Origin: Flaccisagitta enflata
Taxonomy: Eukaryota
Assembly (NCBI GenBank): GCA_965153355.1
Contig: OZ231126.1
Span: 3,286,001 to 3,350,000 of the forward strand
DNA: 64,000 nt
Direction: 5' to 3'
Position numbers and translations under genes: made by a program. Below are positions 12,778 to 25,093 of the stretch, one piece after another (within the stretch, counting starts at the first letter, position 1; every line of letters begins with the position of its first letter). The notes beneath the pieces are model-generated. The model did no database searches, was not told where the DNA came from, and worked only from the letters and a program-made list of their open reading frames with translations.

Positions 12778-13262
12778 CTTTTTGTCCGCGACGGAATACC
12801 ATTCCGACGCGGACTATAATTCGAGGCGGGTGGGTGTCGTCGTCGTTGTCGTTGTCGTCCACAATTTTAAAAATGGGCTAACTTTTGAACGCCTTGACCG
12901 ATTTGCTTCATATTTGGAGGGAAGTTGAACTAGGGTAAGCCGCTTTGCGGCCTATGCGTATGTTATGATCCGACCCACCCAACCGGCCCAACCAGCCTAC
13001 CAGCCTAAAAGTGAAAAATGTGCATAACTTTGGCATTTTTCAACCAATTTGGTTGAAACTTGGTATGTAGTCTCTAAATAGAAGGACTCAACATATGTAT
13101 TTGAATTGTAAAGATTTTAGCATGCTAACTGGCCAAACCAGCCTACCACCCAACCAGCCTACCAGCCGAAAAGTGAAAAACGTGCATAACTTCTGCATTT
13201 TTCAGCTGATTTGGTTGAGAAAAACCCTTGACTTCTCAAATTGTGGCTCTCCGCCGATTTCT
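12778..13262 (+). mobile_element. HINE-like element (GTCCGCG family) with internal tandem duplication of about 140 bp
   Basis: TTTTTGTCCGCG...CGCGGAC 5' inverted repeat, (GTC)n tract, and a duplicated ACCAGCCTACCAGCC..AAAGTGAAAAA.GTGCATAACTT block. Confidence 0.55.
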
Positions 13263-13299
13263 TTTTTTTTTTTTTTTTTTTGTAATCTCTCTCTCTCTC

Positions 13300-14180
13300 C
13301 TCCAAACTCGAGGAATGATCCTCCAATTTGAGGACCGATCCTCCAGTTTGGAGGAACGATCCTCCAAATTTGAGGAATGATCCTCCAGCTTGGAGGAACG
13401 ATCCTCCAAACTGGAGGAACGATCCTCCAAACTGGAGGAACGATCCTCCAAACTGGAGGAACGATCCTCCAAACTGGAGGAACGATCCTCCAAACTGGAG
13501 GAACAATCCTCCAAACTGGAGGAACGATCCTCCAAACTCAAACTCGAGGAACGATCCTCCAAACTGCTAGAATGAGACAAATTGCATTTCTAAATCCCCT
13601 TTTAAACCCCAACCAATAAGCCCCAACCATTCCATTTTTTGGAGGAACCCAGAAAGAGATATAGGTGCAGTTTCCAATATTATCCTCCAATTTGGAGGAA
13701 CGATCCTCCAAATTACTAGAATGAGACAAATTGTATTTCTAAATCCCCTTTTAAACCCCAACCAATAAGCCCCAACCATTCCATTTTTTTTTTTTTTTTG
13801 GAGGAACCCAGAAAGAGATATAGTGCGAGTTCCTCCAATTTGGAGGAACAATCCTCCAAATTGCTTGAATGATCCAAATTCCATTTCTAAATCCCCCATT
13901 AAAACCCAGCCAATAAGCCCCAACCATTCCAATTTTATTTTGGAGGAACTCAGAAAGAGATATAGTGTGAGTTCCTCCAATATTATCCTCCAAATTGGAG
14001 GAACGATCCTTAAAATTGAAAGAATAACCAAAAAGATCAGAGATAATCTCTAAATCCCCTAGTAAACCCCAGTAAAGAAGCCCCAACCAGTCTTATTTCA
14101 TTTTGGCGGAGCTCAGAAAGAGAAATATAGAGAGTTCTGCCAATTTGGCGGAACCAACTATCTAACCTTGAGGACCCTTT
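13300..14180. repeat. Composite hairpin satellite block 1: about 12 x 21-bp palindromic units, then 3-4 units of about 150 bp
   Basis: Tandem TGGAGGAACGATCCTCCAAAC at about 13306-13563, followed by repeats of TAAATCCCCTTTTAAACCCC..CCAATAAGCCCCAACCATTCC...TTGGAGGAAC.CAGAAAGAGATATAG...GTTCCTCCAA. Confidence 0.9.
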
Positions 14181-14199
14181 AAAAAGACTGAATATCAAA

Positions 14200-15330
14200 T
14201 TGATCATCACAGGTGGTTGAGATGTTGACACAGTCTTGCAGATGGTGGTGGTAGTGATGGTGGTGGTAGTGATGGTGGTGTTGATGATCATGATGATGAT
14301 CGTGATGATGATGATGATTGTGGTTATGATGATGATCATGATGATGATTGTGATCATCATAATAATGATAATTGTGATGTTGATCATGTTGATTGTGATG
14401 ATTTTGAGGATGATCACGATGTTGACCATGATGATGTTGAAGGTGATCATGTTGACTGTGATGATCATAATGATGGTGACTATGATGATTGTGATGATGA
14501 TCGTGATGATGAAAGTGATGATTTCAACTCTTTCTCACATTCAGCTTGTCTCTAAATTCCTTTCCAAAATAAACCGGCAGTTGACAGAACGATCTCTCAG
14601 AAAGAGATATAGTAAGAGTTCCGCCAGTCTTTTCCGCGGAATTTGCGTAACAATCCTCCAACTTAAAGAACCCTTCTTAAATGGCTTAATGATAAATTAA
14701 TCACAAGCAATTGAGATGTTGACCTTCACTCTTGTAAATGATAGTCGTGATGTGATGATGGTGACGAAGGTGATGGTGATGATATTCACACGTGTCAATG
14801 AGATGGCGATGATCATGGTTGTTAACAAGATGATGATAATCACCCTTATGCGTCAGATGCTGTTGGTGATAATCGCCATCAAGCATAACTTTTTGTTGAT
14901 ATCTTGTAAATGAGATAATAATCCACTGAGAGTGTATAATGATCATTCTTGTGAATAGAACATTAGTGATCAATCCTATGACTGAGGTGTCAAAAAAACG
15001 CCCTTGAAGATGAAATAGTGATGATCACTTATGATCGATAATAATTGATGATCACTGATGACAATTGATGATGATCACTGATGATCACTGATCGATGATG
15101 GTGATAATCACTGATCACTAATGATGACCATTGATCACTACTGATGATCATTGATCATTGATGATCACCAATGATGATTCACTTTATTTATGTTGTTGGC
15201 GCTCTCTGGGAATCAGTTATGTTGTCTTTATTCTCTGATGATTACATCGCCATCTTCTCCCTAGTGATAATCACTTCTTGTTTCTGTTTTGATCATCATT
15301 GTCAATGTTCTGGCTCTGGTGATCATCAGT
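14200..15330. repeat. GAT/GATCAT low-complexity tract containing a degenerate hairpin unit (about 14520-14680)
   Basis: (GAT)n-derived sequence; CTCAGAAAGAGATATAG..AGAGTTCC remnant near 14596-14622. Confidence 0.8.
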
Positions 15331-15470
15331 GTGGAAGGACATGATCTGAAAAGTGGGTGAAGCAAATCTCTAGTTACTCGAACACGCACATATAAATGAA
15401 GCCTTTACTAAATGTTAATGTTTCTAACCTCCTAAACTACTCTCTTATCTGTCGTCATCATCGTATTTTC

Positions 15471-15704
15471 TTTTTAGTCGCGTGCTACGCGACTCTATAA
15501 GCTACTTTTTGGTCGGTCCGTTGGTCACAAAGTCGGTTTAAAGGCTTTTTAACGCGTTTTAACGTCTCTTTAGTAGTGGAGAAGAAGCTTGGAGTAATAA
15601 ATAACTGTTTCAAATGTTTTTTTGAAAAAAATCGTTTGTCTGTCTGTCTGCCTGACTTTTTTTGAAAGTGCCGACGCACGCGACTTAGGTCTAATGACCT
15701 TGTT
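15471..15704 (+). mobile_element. HINE-like element; related copies at 16761-17020 (direct) and about 31365-31560 (inverted)
   Basis: TTTTTAGTCGCGTGCTACGCGACT start, CGCGACTTAGGTCTAATGACCTTGTT end, and shared internal sequence. Confidence 0.7.
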
Positions 15705-16094
15705 TCATCCCAATTGACATCGATCTTTCGTTTTCCGTCTTTGTCTGCTATTGATGCAAGAGATTCACGACTTTTCTCGATCTGATTGACTCGGGTCCAG
15801 TTATCCCTCAGTGCCTGACCTTGTCGGAGTCAGGGCCCTTAGAGGAACAACCCAAAGTGGCTGTGCAATAGGATTACTCCGAGATCCTGCATTTGGTTCT
15901 ACGGGGAGTAGGTTATCTGCATATGAAAGACTATGTTTGCCATGGTTTTTTAGTGATGTTCTCATTGATAAAGGATAGTTGTGAGGGGTCCGGATTAAGC
16001 ACCATTGAGAGTTCCCAAGACTCTCATCCTTTTTTTTTATGTATTTTCTTTATAAAGCAATGTTGTCACAAGTCGGTAGACTACTTCATGATTA

Positions 16095-16496
16095 CAGAGG
16101 CAATGAAAATACCATGAGAGGAGCAGCCAAAATCTCTAGCAACCCCCCCTGCAGCTTAAATGGTTAATACTATATCAACTTTTAGGCTAGCAGCTGGTAG
16201 CTTGTCTCTATAGAATTCCCGCCATCAAGGCATTTTTTCCATTTCAATCTAGTTTTCAAGAAACAGCCTTTTAAAGGGTTAAAATCCATCATTTCTGCAA
16301 GTATTGAATTTTACACTATTATGACCATTATCTTAAGTACTAAAAAGAATATCAAAAATCGCCTTGATAGCGGGAATTGATTTAAAGTATACTAACATCT
16401 ATTACTTTAATCATCTTTATTATACTCACAGTAAATGCTGCAGGGGGGGTTGCTAGAGATTTTGCGGCTCCTCGCATTGTATTTTAATTGCAACTG
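16095..16496. mobile_element. TA-type MITE, copy 2
   Basis: TA|CAGAGGCAATG...ATTGCAACTG|TA; TA duplication at 16093-94 and 16497-98; homologous to 8984-9383. Confidence 0.85.
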
Positions 16497-16681
16497 TATG
16501 CATCCATGTTACCCTTAGATGAAAGATTCAAAATTTTTAACTTGAGGTTGCTCGGCGCGATGAAATTGCACAATCCCCATATCCAAGATCTTATAAAAAA
16601 AGACTATCGGAAGTGCTAATTTACTATCACCGCTTGATATTATTCTAAACCTCTGATTCCGATATTATTTAATATCTTTAA

Positions 16682-16731
<50 letters not shown>

Positions 16732-19700
16732 ACTCTCACTCTCATTTTGTTTTGCTCTTGTTTTTAGTCGCGTGCTACGCGACTCTACAAGCACTTTTTG
16801 TTCGGTCCGTCGGTCAGTCCGTCGGTCCGTCCGTCACAAAGTCACAAAGTCGTTTTAAAGGCTCTTTATCGTGTTTTTTATGTTTCTGTTGGTGGAGAAG
16901 AAGCTAGGAGTAGTAGATAGCTGTTTGAAATGTCTTTTTGAAAAAAAAACTGTTTGTCTGTCTGTCTGCCTGACTTTTTTTGAAAGTGCCGACACGCGAC
17001 TTAGGTCTAATGACCTTGTTTTTTATTTATTTATTTATTGACTCTCTGAATGTACCATAATGACTCACTCGCCTGAATAGGGTCAGCTTGAACCTGATTC
17101 AACACTGAACTTTTGGGGGGAAGGGATTTGCTTTACTTTGTAACGAATCCATATCGCCCTTTTGTATGACTCGCACGTTTAAGCCATATTGTTTGTCTCG
17201 CCGCGCGATTTCTACTTTCATACTTATTAAAAATGTTTTTATCTTTCGAACAGTAAGAGATATCTGCATGAAATTTTAAACATGTAATATCTATACATGA
17301 GACCGCTCACTGAGAATTATTCAGAGTAGTTATGACAGGTAAACATGATAAAAACTTCGATGAATTTTATGTTTTTGACTGTGTGAAAAAAAATGCTTTA
17401 TGCGATTAAGGCCGAAGTAATTACATGATCGCCGTACAACTTACCCAGAAATTGACCATGGGTTGGATCGTTGTCCATGCAAAATTTCAGAAAATTTTGT
17501 AAAATATTTTTTTATCTATGCTTATTTGAAATTTTTGGGTAGGTAGGCTGGTTTGGGTGGTTGTACTAACTGGAATTTCTTGAAACTTCTCACATCAGAA
17601 GACAAGGGCAAACAATGTTACCATACAAAAAATCAAGTCAATCGGTCAATCCGTTCATGAGATATGAGCTTTCAAAGTTTGGGTAAAAAAAGTCACGACG
17701 GATTCCGCCACTTTGAGAAAACAAGGCCGGATACACGGCTACCGAAGTCGCGTGCGGGTGGGCAGGGGCCATATTTGAGGTCACCAGACCATTTGGGCAG
17801 GAGCAGGGAGGTCAAAGTAATAAAATCATAAAAAAAAGTAAAGTGTGACCGACTGACCGACGGACAAAGCGGGTTGTAGAGTCGCGTGCACGCTACTAAA
17901 AATCATGAACATGTTTCGTTCTCAGACTGCGTATTTCGCGCTTGAGTGCTCATGAAATCATGAACAGTGTTTCTTCTTTTGATCACAACATTTAAACTAT
18001 TAGTAGTATTTAAAAAAAAACAAGGCCGGACACACGGCTACCCCAGTCGCGTGCAGGTGGGCAGAGGCTGTATTTGAGCTCTCTCAATCGTTTGGGCAGG
18101 CGCAGTGAGGCCAAAGACTGCAAAAAAAAAGTAAAGTGTGACGGACCGACGCATAGTCCATCGTGATGGGAATATAATCAAACTGTTGAGAGTTTAAAAA
18201 TCGTCTTACCCGAGCTATTACTCATTTTTATCAATTCCAATTGGCCCCAGTAAACCAAAGTAATTGAATCCCGATAATTACGAGTGCATAGAACAGTTTT
18301 ACTCAAGAATTTCCAAGCGCAAAAGTAAGTGTGGGCTTAATTTGCATAATTAAAAAGTCAGATTGAGCGAAATCTCAGCCCATAGTTTTTTGCGCAATTA
18401 GGCGCATAGAGTTACCGTCATATCAAGTAGTAAGACAAGGAAAAAAGGTGAAAATTGATCAACATTGAGGATCCTAGAATATCCTGATTTTTTTCCAATC
18501 ACTCATAAATATGATTGATTGTGCGACAGACAGTTGGCCCGACGGACTGACAAAGCAGGTTGTAGTCGCGTAGCACGCGACTAATAAAACAGAGGAAAGC
18601 TTAAACGCTACACTTTCTAATGATGTAAAATTTCATAGTAATATTTTTTGAAATATAGCAACGCGGTAATTATCTTCAGACCGGCCACCTTAAAAAGTTG
18701 ATTCGGGATTCCTCCAGACTGGCGAAGACGAGCGAAGGTTTATATCTACCCTCGGTCCGTTGGTCCATCTTGCATCAGTCATGTGTTGCTTTGGTCCAAG
18801 ATAATAGAGTTAAAGAACGAACGTTTTATTCACATTGAGTATGGTTGTGTATGGGGGTTGAATACCCCCTCCCATCTGAAAAAAAACATTTGACCCCGCG
18901 TCACCTGTCGCTCATGCACTGCATTGTGATTGTCATGACTTTGTCATCTTTATCTATCTCGTGATTTGTCACCAATATGTGTGCCCGCGAACCCGGTGCA
19001 TGCAGTTTTGCTGTTGGGCCTGTAGTTTTTGCTAGCTGCGTGCCCATCGTGCAGGCTCTTGTCTTTTTTATCTTCTTTTATCTCTCATTCTTTCTAACAC
19101 CTGAAATAATGAACCCCTTTAATTGTTTTATTTACCTTTGATTAATTTCTTTTCCTGCTTTGGCTGATCAAAATACTTGTTTGAATGGGTTATCCAATAA
19201 GGATTCTAGTAGAGTATTTTTTTCTCTTCTCAGCCTAAGGAGTGACAGACTTTTCTAGTTTTCAATCATGAAAAAAATGACCTTGAAAAAAAAATCGAAT
19301 GTGACTAAAACTTAGACAATATAAGCTTCACCTAAGCAACGAGTGTTCTGAGAATTCTCCTATGAAATGAAAAAAAAAACATGCAAAATAAGCGTCCTCT
19401 GCCTTCTTTTTGCCCTCTCGCTTTCATTCCTTTATCCAATCACTAATTAATTCATTTTTTTATTCATTCATTCATGAATTCACTCATTCCTTCACTCTTT
19501 TTTCCCTTTTTTGAATCGCGAGACACAAGTATTGGAATAAACTCCCCCTTTTTAGTTGCGTACACGCGACTCTACAAGAAGCTCTGATAAGAACTGAATA
19601 AGAATGTATGAATGAACGTTTTTGATGAACGATCATTTTTGATGATTGCGTGCATGAATGGATGAAAGTGAATAGAAGGGAATGAAAGTGAGAATGTTAA

Positions 19701-19807
19701 AAGAATGAATATCGACGCAAGGATTGGCAGTTTTGCGCGGTTTTAACATGGCACGACAGATTACCTGATCAACGGACCAACCGACTTAAAGACAACCTAA
19801 CTTCCTA

Positions 19808-20189
19808 CACAAACGGGACCCTTATAAGAGCGGAGGAGGGACCCAATAGTTACATGCCCCCCCTATAGCTCACAAGGTTCATCCAATTTCCTCATTAGCA
19901 GTGGCGGTTGGCGCCACTGTGGCGATTTTTCAATCTCCTTTAACCCTCCCAAGGGACCAATTTTATATCAAAATTTGAGAAAAAAAATTATTTGATTTTT
20001 TTTTAAACTTTGGGGGTGGTTTGAAGGGGTTCAGGGTGGAAATTGAAAAATCTCCACGGTAGCGCCATTTCTATCCACCTAACGTGTCAACCGCCACTGC
20101 AATTGTGGAAATTGATTGAACCATGTGAGCTGTAGTGGGGGCATGTACCACATAGGGTCCCTCCTCCGCTCTTATAAGGGTCCCGTCTG
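19808..20189. mobile_element. MITE with long TIRs, nested in a HINE-like element
   Basis: ACGGGACCCTTATAAGAGCGGAGGAGGGACCC from 19813 and its exact reverse complement ending at 20186; imperfect symmetry continues inward; TA flanks. Confidence 0.85.
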
Positions 20190-20345
20190 TAGATATGTGG
20201 GGACGCACATAAAATTAAAGTCAAATCAAGCATAGCCTAACTTAATTTTGATAATTGATATAAACCTAGTTTTTTTAGACAAGGCAAAAGGTTCTAACAT
20301 CAAGAACGTTGTAGTTATTTCACTAGTAGCTATCTCTATTTCTTT

Positions 20346-20654
20346 CAGGGGTGTATATGATTGAGTCGCTTTTGATTCCCAACCTGCCTTTGATTTTCTT
20401 CCCCGCAAGGCGTTGTATGATGTTTTTATATTTGTGATTTTCTTCCCTATAGAGCTAAAAGACAATGTATTTTTGGTTTAAAAAGTGGTAGATTGTGTAT
20501 TACTTATTAGGTTCTGATTTGTTATCGTTAAAAATTATATTTTCCCCAAATTTCCTTTTTTTCCCTCTTTTGTCTTCTTCCCCATCTTCAGACCTTTTGA
20601 TTTCTCTTCCCCTACCAGGGGGGGGGGAAAAGAAATCAATTATATACAGGTCTG
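20346..20654 (+). mobile_element. hAT-like non-autonomous element (CAGGGGTGTAT family)
   Basis: CAGGGGTGTATA...TATACAGGTCTG ends; 8-bp flanks ATTTCTTT / ATTTCTTC. Confidence 0.7.
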
Positions 20655-21369
20655 ATTTCTTCTGAAGGTTTAAAAAAACAAGGCCGGACACACGTCAATC
20701 GAGTTGCGGACGGTTTGGCAGGAGCAGTAGTGCAAAAACTGGTTGCAATTTGTTACAGACGGACCGACACGGCAAGGTGTAGTTGCATGTCCGCGACTTA
20801 AAATGTACAGTGAAGAGTATGGTGAAACTACCACTTTTACCGGGCTTCTTTCCCTGTCGAGTAAAAAACTACCCAATTATGACAATTTTTGTTCCTACCC
20901 ACTTTTTTATTTGATCCTTTCATGATCATGAAGGAAATCGGTTTTTGGTTTACTTCAAAAATCCTTCCGAGGTTGTTGCGTTCTTTGGGGATTTTAAAGC
21001 GGGTGAATGCCTGAAGAATGATGTTATATGGTCCCGATACTTGGCTGTTATTCAGAGATTTGATTCTGTGCTTGCTTACAATCCACCTGTCATGTTTGAG
21101 ATAATCATTGACCATCCTGATGCCACTTGGTCAGTCACGGATTATTCCAGACGAGCCTATCATGTAGCTGGTTGTTTACCTACTTTGAACTGAGTGTCAA
21201 CTTGTGACAATCAGGACTTGATTCATTTCATGTTTATACGAATTTTGTCATTCTTAACCAAGTATAACTGTGATCTTTTTAAACTACCTTTGATATATGT
21301 AACTTCAATCAATAAGTTCTTGTCAAGGATGCTGATCTTTACAAAACAAAACAAAAAATGAAACATTGA

Positions 21370-22165
21370 TAGGGAGTGATCATCTGTCTTGTTTAATGTC
21401 CAATGAAAATCGTTGTGGCCATGATGATGATAATAGCATAAGTTATGAATGTCGAGATGAAAATCGTGATGAAGACAATGATCATGATAGTGATGACGGG
21501 GATGATCATGATAGTGATGAAGATAATGAACGCGATAATGATCATGATTGTGATGATGATCATGGCAGTGATGATGATCATGACAGTGATGATGACCAAG
21601 ACAGTGATGATGACCATGACAGTGATGATGATAATCATGATAGTAATGATGATGATCAAGATGATCATGATAGTGATAAAGATAATGATCATGATAGTGA
21701 CAAAGGCGATGATCATGATAGTGACAAAGGCAATGATCATGATAGTGATGATCATGATTGTGATGATGACCATGATTGTGATGATGATAGTGATGATGAT
21801 CATGTTAGTAATGACGATCATGATGATGATAATCTTGGTAGTAATGATGATCTTGAAAATGATGCTGATCATCGTGATTGTGATGCTCTTTTTTTCTCTT
21901 GATCTTTACGATTCCTCCGATTGGCAGTATGGTTGCTCCAGTTGGGGTAATGATCATCCACAAATCCGTGTAGGTGGAGCCTTTCAGCGAAAATCCGACC
22001 CGTTGAAATCATGGTAGTGATGAAGATAATGATGATAGTTATGATAGTAAAGATGATCACAATAGTGATGACGATTATAATGATGATGATGATGATGATC
22101 ATGATGATAGTGATGTTAACCATCATGTTGATGATGATCATGAAAGTGATGATCATGATAGTGAT
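21370..22165. repeat. GAT/GATCAT low-complexity tract
   Basis: Loose 18-24-bp units of GATGATCATGATAGT. Confidence 0.85.
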
Positions 22166-22224
22166 GCTTTCTCTGTATCACTACATTCTGAAAAATTGGT
22201 GGAAAATGTCAGTGGCTCCTCTAA

Positions 22225-22920
22225 ATTGGAAGAACGATCCTCCAAATTGGAGGAACGATCCTCCAAATTGGAGGAACGATCCTCCAAATTGGAGGAACGA
22301 TCCTCCAAATTGGAGGAACGATCCTCCAAATTGGAGGAACGATCCTCCAAATTGGAGGAACGATCCTCCAAATTGGAGGAACGATCCTCCAAATTGGAGG
22401 AACGATCCTCCAAATTGGAGGAACGATCCTCCAAATTGGAGGAACGATCCTCCAAATTGGAGGAACGATCCTCCAAATTGGAGGAACGATCCTCCAAATT
22501 GGAGGAACGATCCTCCAAATTTCCAGAATGATCCAAATTGCATTTCTAAATCCCCTTTTAAACCCCAGCCAATAAGCCCCAACCATTCCAATTTTATTTT
22601 TGGAGGAACTCAGAAAGAGATATAGTGTGAGTTCCTCCAATATTATCCTCCAAATTGGAGGAACAATCCTCCAAATTGCTAGAAAGATCCAAATTGCAGT
22701 TCTAAATCCCCTTTTAAACCCCAGCCAATAAGCCCCAACCATTCCAATTTATTTTTGGAGGAACTCAGAAAGAGATATAGTGTGAGTTCCTCCAATTTTA
22801 TCCTCCAAATTGGAGGAATGATCCTCCAAATTGCTAGAATGATCCAAAAGCATTTTTAAATCCCCTATTACACCCCAGCCAATAAGCCCCAACCTTTCCA
22901 TTTTTATTTTGGAGGAACTC
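22225..22920. repeat. Composite hairpin satellite block 2: 14 x 21-bp units plus about 3 longer hairpin units
   Basis: AATTGGAGGAACGATCCTCCA x14 (13 identical) at about 22225-22518, followed by the same long units as block 1. Confidence 0.92.
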
Positions 22921-22967
22921 AATGATCCGGACCATTGCATGTTTAAGACTTCCAACTGCAATTATTA

Positions 22968-24480
22968 GATGATCAGGACTTGTGACTGTGATTGAAACAC
23001 CCAGACTCCTGGTCATGATCATCGGATGATCAGGACTCGTGATCATGACAATCGGATGATCACGACTCCTGGCCATGATCATTGGATGATCACGACTCCT
23101 GGCCATGATCATCGGATGATCACGACTCCTGGTCATGATCATCTGATGATCAGGACTCTTGGTCATGATTGTCCGATGATCAGGACTCATGGTCATGATC
23201 CTGGTTGATCAGGACTCATGGTCATGATCATCCGATGATCAGGGTCATGATCATCCAATGATCAGGACTCTTGATCATGATTATCAATTTGATCGTTTGA
23301 TGATCATGAGTCCTGGTTGTGATCATTGGATGATCATGAGTCCTGGTTGTGATCATTGGATGATCATTGGATGATCATGAGTCCTGGTTGTGATCATTGG
23401 ATGATCATGAGTCCTGGTTGTGATCATTGGATGATCATTGTATGATCATGAGTCCTGGTTGTGATCATTGGATGATCATGAGTCCTGGTTGTGATCATTG
23501 GATGATCATGCGAGTCCTGGGTGTGATCATGGGATGATCATGAGTCCTGGGTTGTGATCATTGGATGATCATGAGTCCTGGGTGTGATCATTGGATGATC
23601 ATGAGTCCTGGGTGTGATCATTGGATGATCATGAGTCCTGGTTGTGATCATTGGATGATCATGAGTCCTGGTTGTGATCATTGGATGATCATTGGATGAT
23701 CATGAGTCCTGGTTGTGATCATTGGATGATCATGAGTCCTGGTTGTGATCATGGGATGATCAATAGTCCTGCTGGTGATCATCGGATGATCAGGAGTTCT
23801 GGTTGTGATCATCGGATGATCAAGAGTCCTGGAGTCCTTGCTGTGATCATCGGATGATCAAGAGTCTTGGCTGTGATCATCGGATGATCAAGAGTCCTGG
23901 CCATGATCATCGGATGATCAAGAGTCCAAGCCATGATCATCGGATGATCAAGAGTCCTGGTTGTGATCATCATCGGATGATCAATAGTTCCAAGGTGATC
24001 ATCGGATGATCAAGAGTCCTGGTTGTGACCATTGGATGATCAAGAGTCCTAGTTGTGACCATCGGATGATCAGAGTCCTGACAGATCATCGGATGATCAA
24101 GAGTCCTGCTGTGATCATCGGATGATCAAGAGTCCTGATGATCAATGATGATCAAGAGTCCTACAGGGATTGTCGATGATCAAGAGTCCTATGATCGTTG
24201 GATGATCAAGAGTCCTGGTAGTTGTGATCATGGATGATCAAGGGTCCTAGTTGTGATCGCGTTGGACTTGTAGAATGTCCCAGGCCGACTGGCTGGGATG
24301 ATCAAGAGTCCTGCTGTGATTGTTGGATGATCAAGAGTCCTTGGTTGTGATTGTTGGATGATCAAGAGTCCTGTTGAGGTTGTGATCAGTTGGATGACCA
24401 AGAGTCCTGGTTGTGATCCTTGGATGATAAATAGTACTGGTTGTGATCGTTGGATGATCTAGCCCTGGTTGTGATCATGA
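22968..24480. repeat. 30-bp GATC-rich palindromic minisatellite, about 1.5 kb
   Basis: Unit GGATGATCAAGAGTCCTGGTTGTGATCATC and variants; core TGATCATC-G-GATGATCA is an 8-bp inverted repeat. Confidence 0.92.
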
Positions 24481-24575
24481 TAGTGATGATCTCTTTTCAC
24501 TTTCGTTTCTTTTATCTCTCTTTCTTCTTTCTCTCTCTCTCTCTCTCTCTCCCTCTATGTAGAGGATCTCTTCAA

Positions 24576-24907
24576 CTGGAGGAACGATCCTCCAAACTGG
24601 AGGAACGATCCTCCAAACTGGAGGAACGATCCTCCAAACTGGAGGAACGATCCTCCAAACTGGAGGAACGATCCTCCAAACTGGAGGAACGATCCTCCAA
24701 ACTGGAGGAACGATCCTCCAAACTGGAGGAACGATCCTCCAAATTGCTAGAATGATCCAAATTGCATATTTAAATCCCCTTTTAAACCCCAGCCAATAAG
24801 CCCCAACCATTCCTATTTTATTTTGGAGGAACTCAGAAAGAGATATAGTGAGAGTTCCTCCAATATTATCCTCCAAATTGGAGGAACGATCCTCCAAATT
24901 GCTAGAA
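24576..24907. repeat. Composite hairpin satellite block 3: 8 x 21-bp units plus one long unit
   Basis: CTGGAGGAACGATCCTCCAAA x8 at 24576-24743, then the long hairpin unit. Confidence 0.92.
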
Positions 24908-25035
24908 TGTAAACTCTGATATTGTATTGTATACAATTTTAATGGATATTGTATTATATTGGTATTGTATTGTATTGTCCCAATACTTTTAAGTATTGGA
25001 TTGGTATTGTATAATTGACAAAAATGCTTTATAGC

Positions 25036-25052
25036 TCAGGCCTGGTGTGTGT

Positions 25053-25093
<41 letters not shown>

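Noticed and set aside
13159-14086. ORFs with LEERSSK / WRNDPPN / FGGSFLQ repeats (also 22011-22742 and 24450-24936)
   Set aside because: The 21-bp unit lacks stops in all six frames, so overlapping ORFs arise automatically; there is no evidence that any is translated.
21366-21902. Asp/His-rich 178-aa ORF resembling a biomineral or metal-binding protein
   Set aside because: (GAT)n-derived DNA is open in the Asp and Met frames by composition; the same texture occurs at 14.2-15.3 kb; there is no signal peptide or clear splice context.
15050-24140. Hammerhead ribozyme cores (CTGATGA hits)
   Set aside because: The hits lie in GAT-rich repeats and lack a properly placed GAAA and flanking stems.
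22225-24743. CRISPR-like appearance of the palindromic 21-bp and 30-bp arrays
   Set aside because: Units are directly tandem with no unique spacers, there are no cas genes, and the context is eukaryotic.
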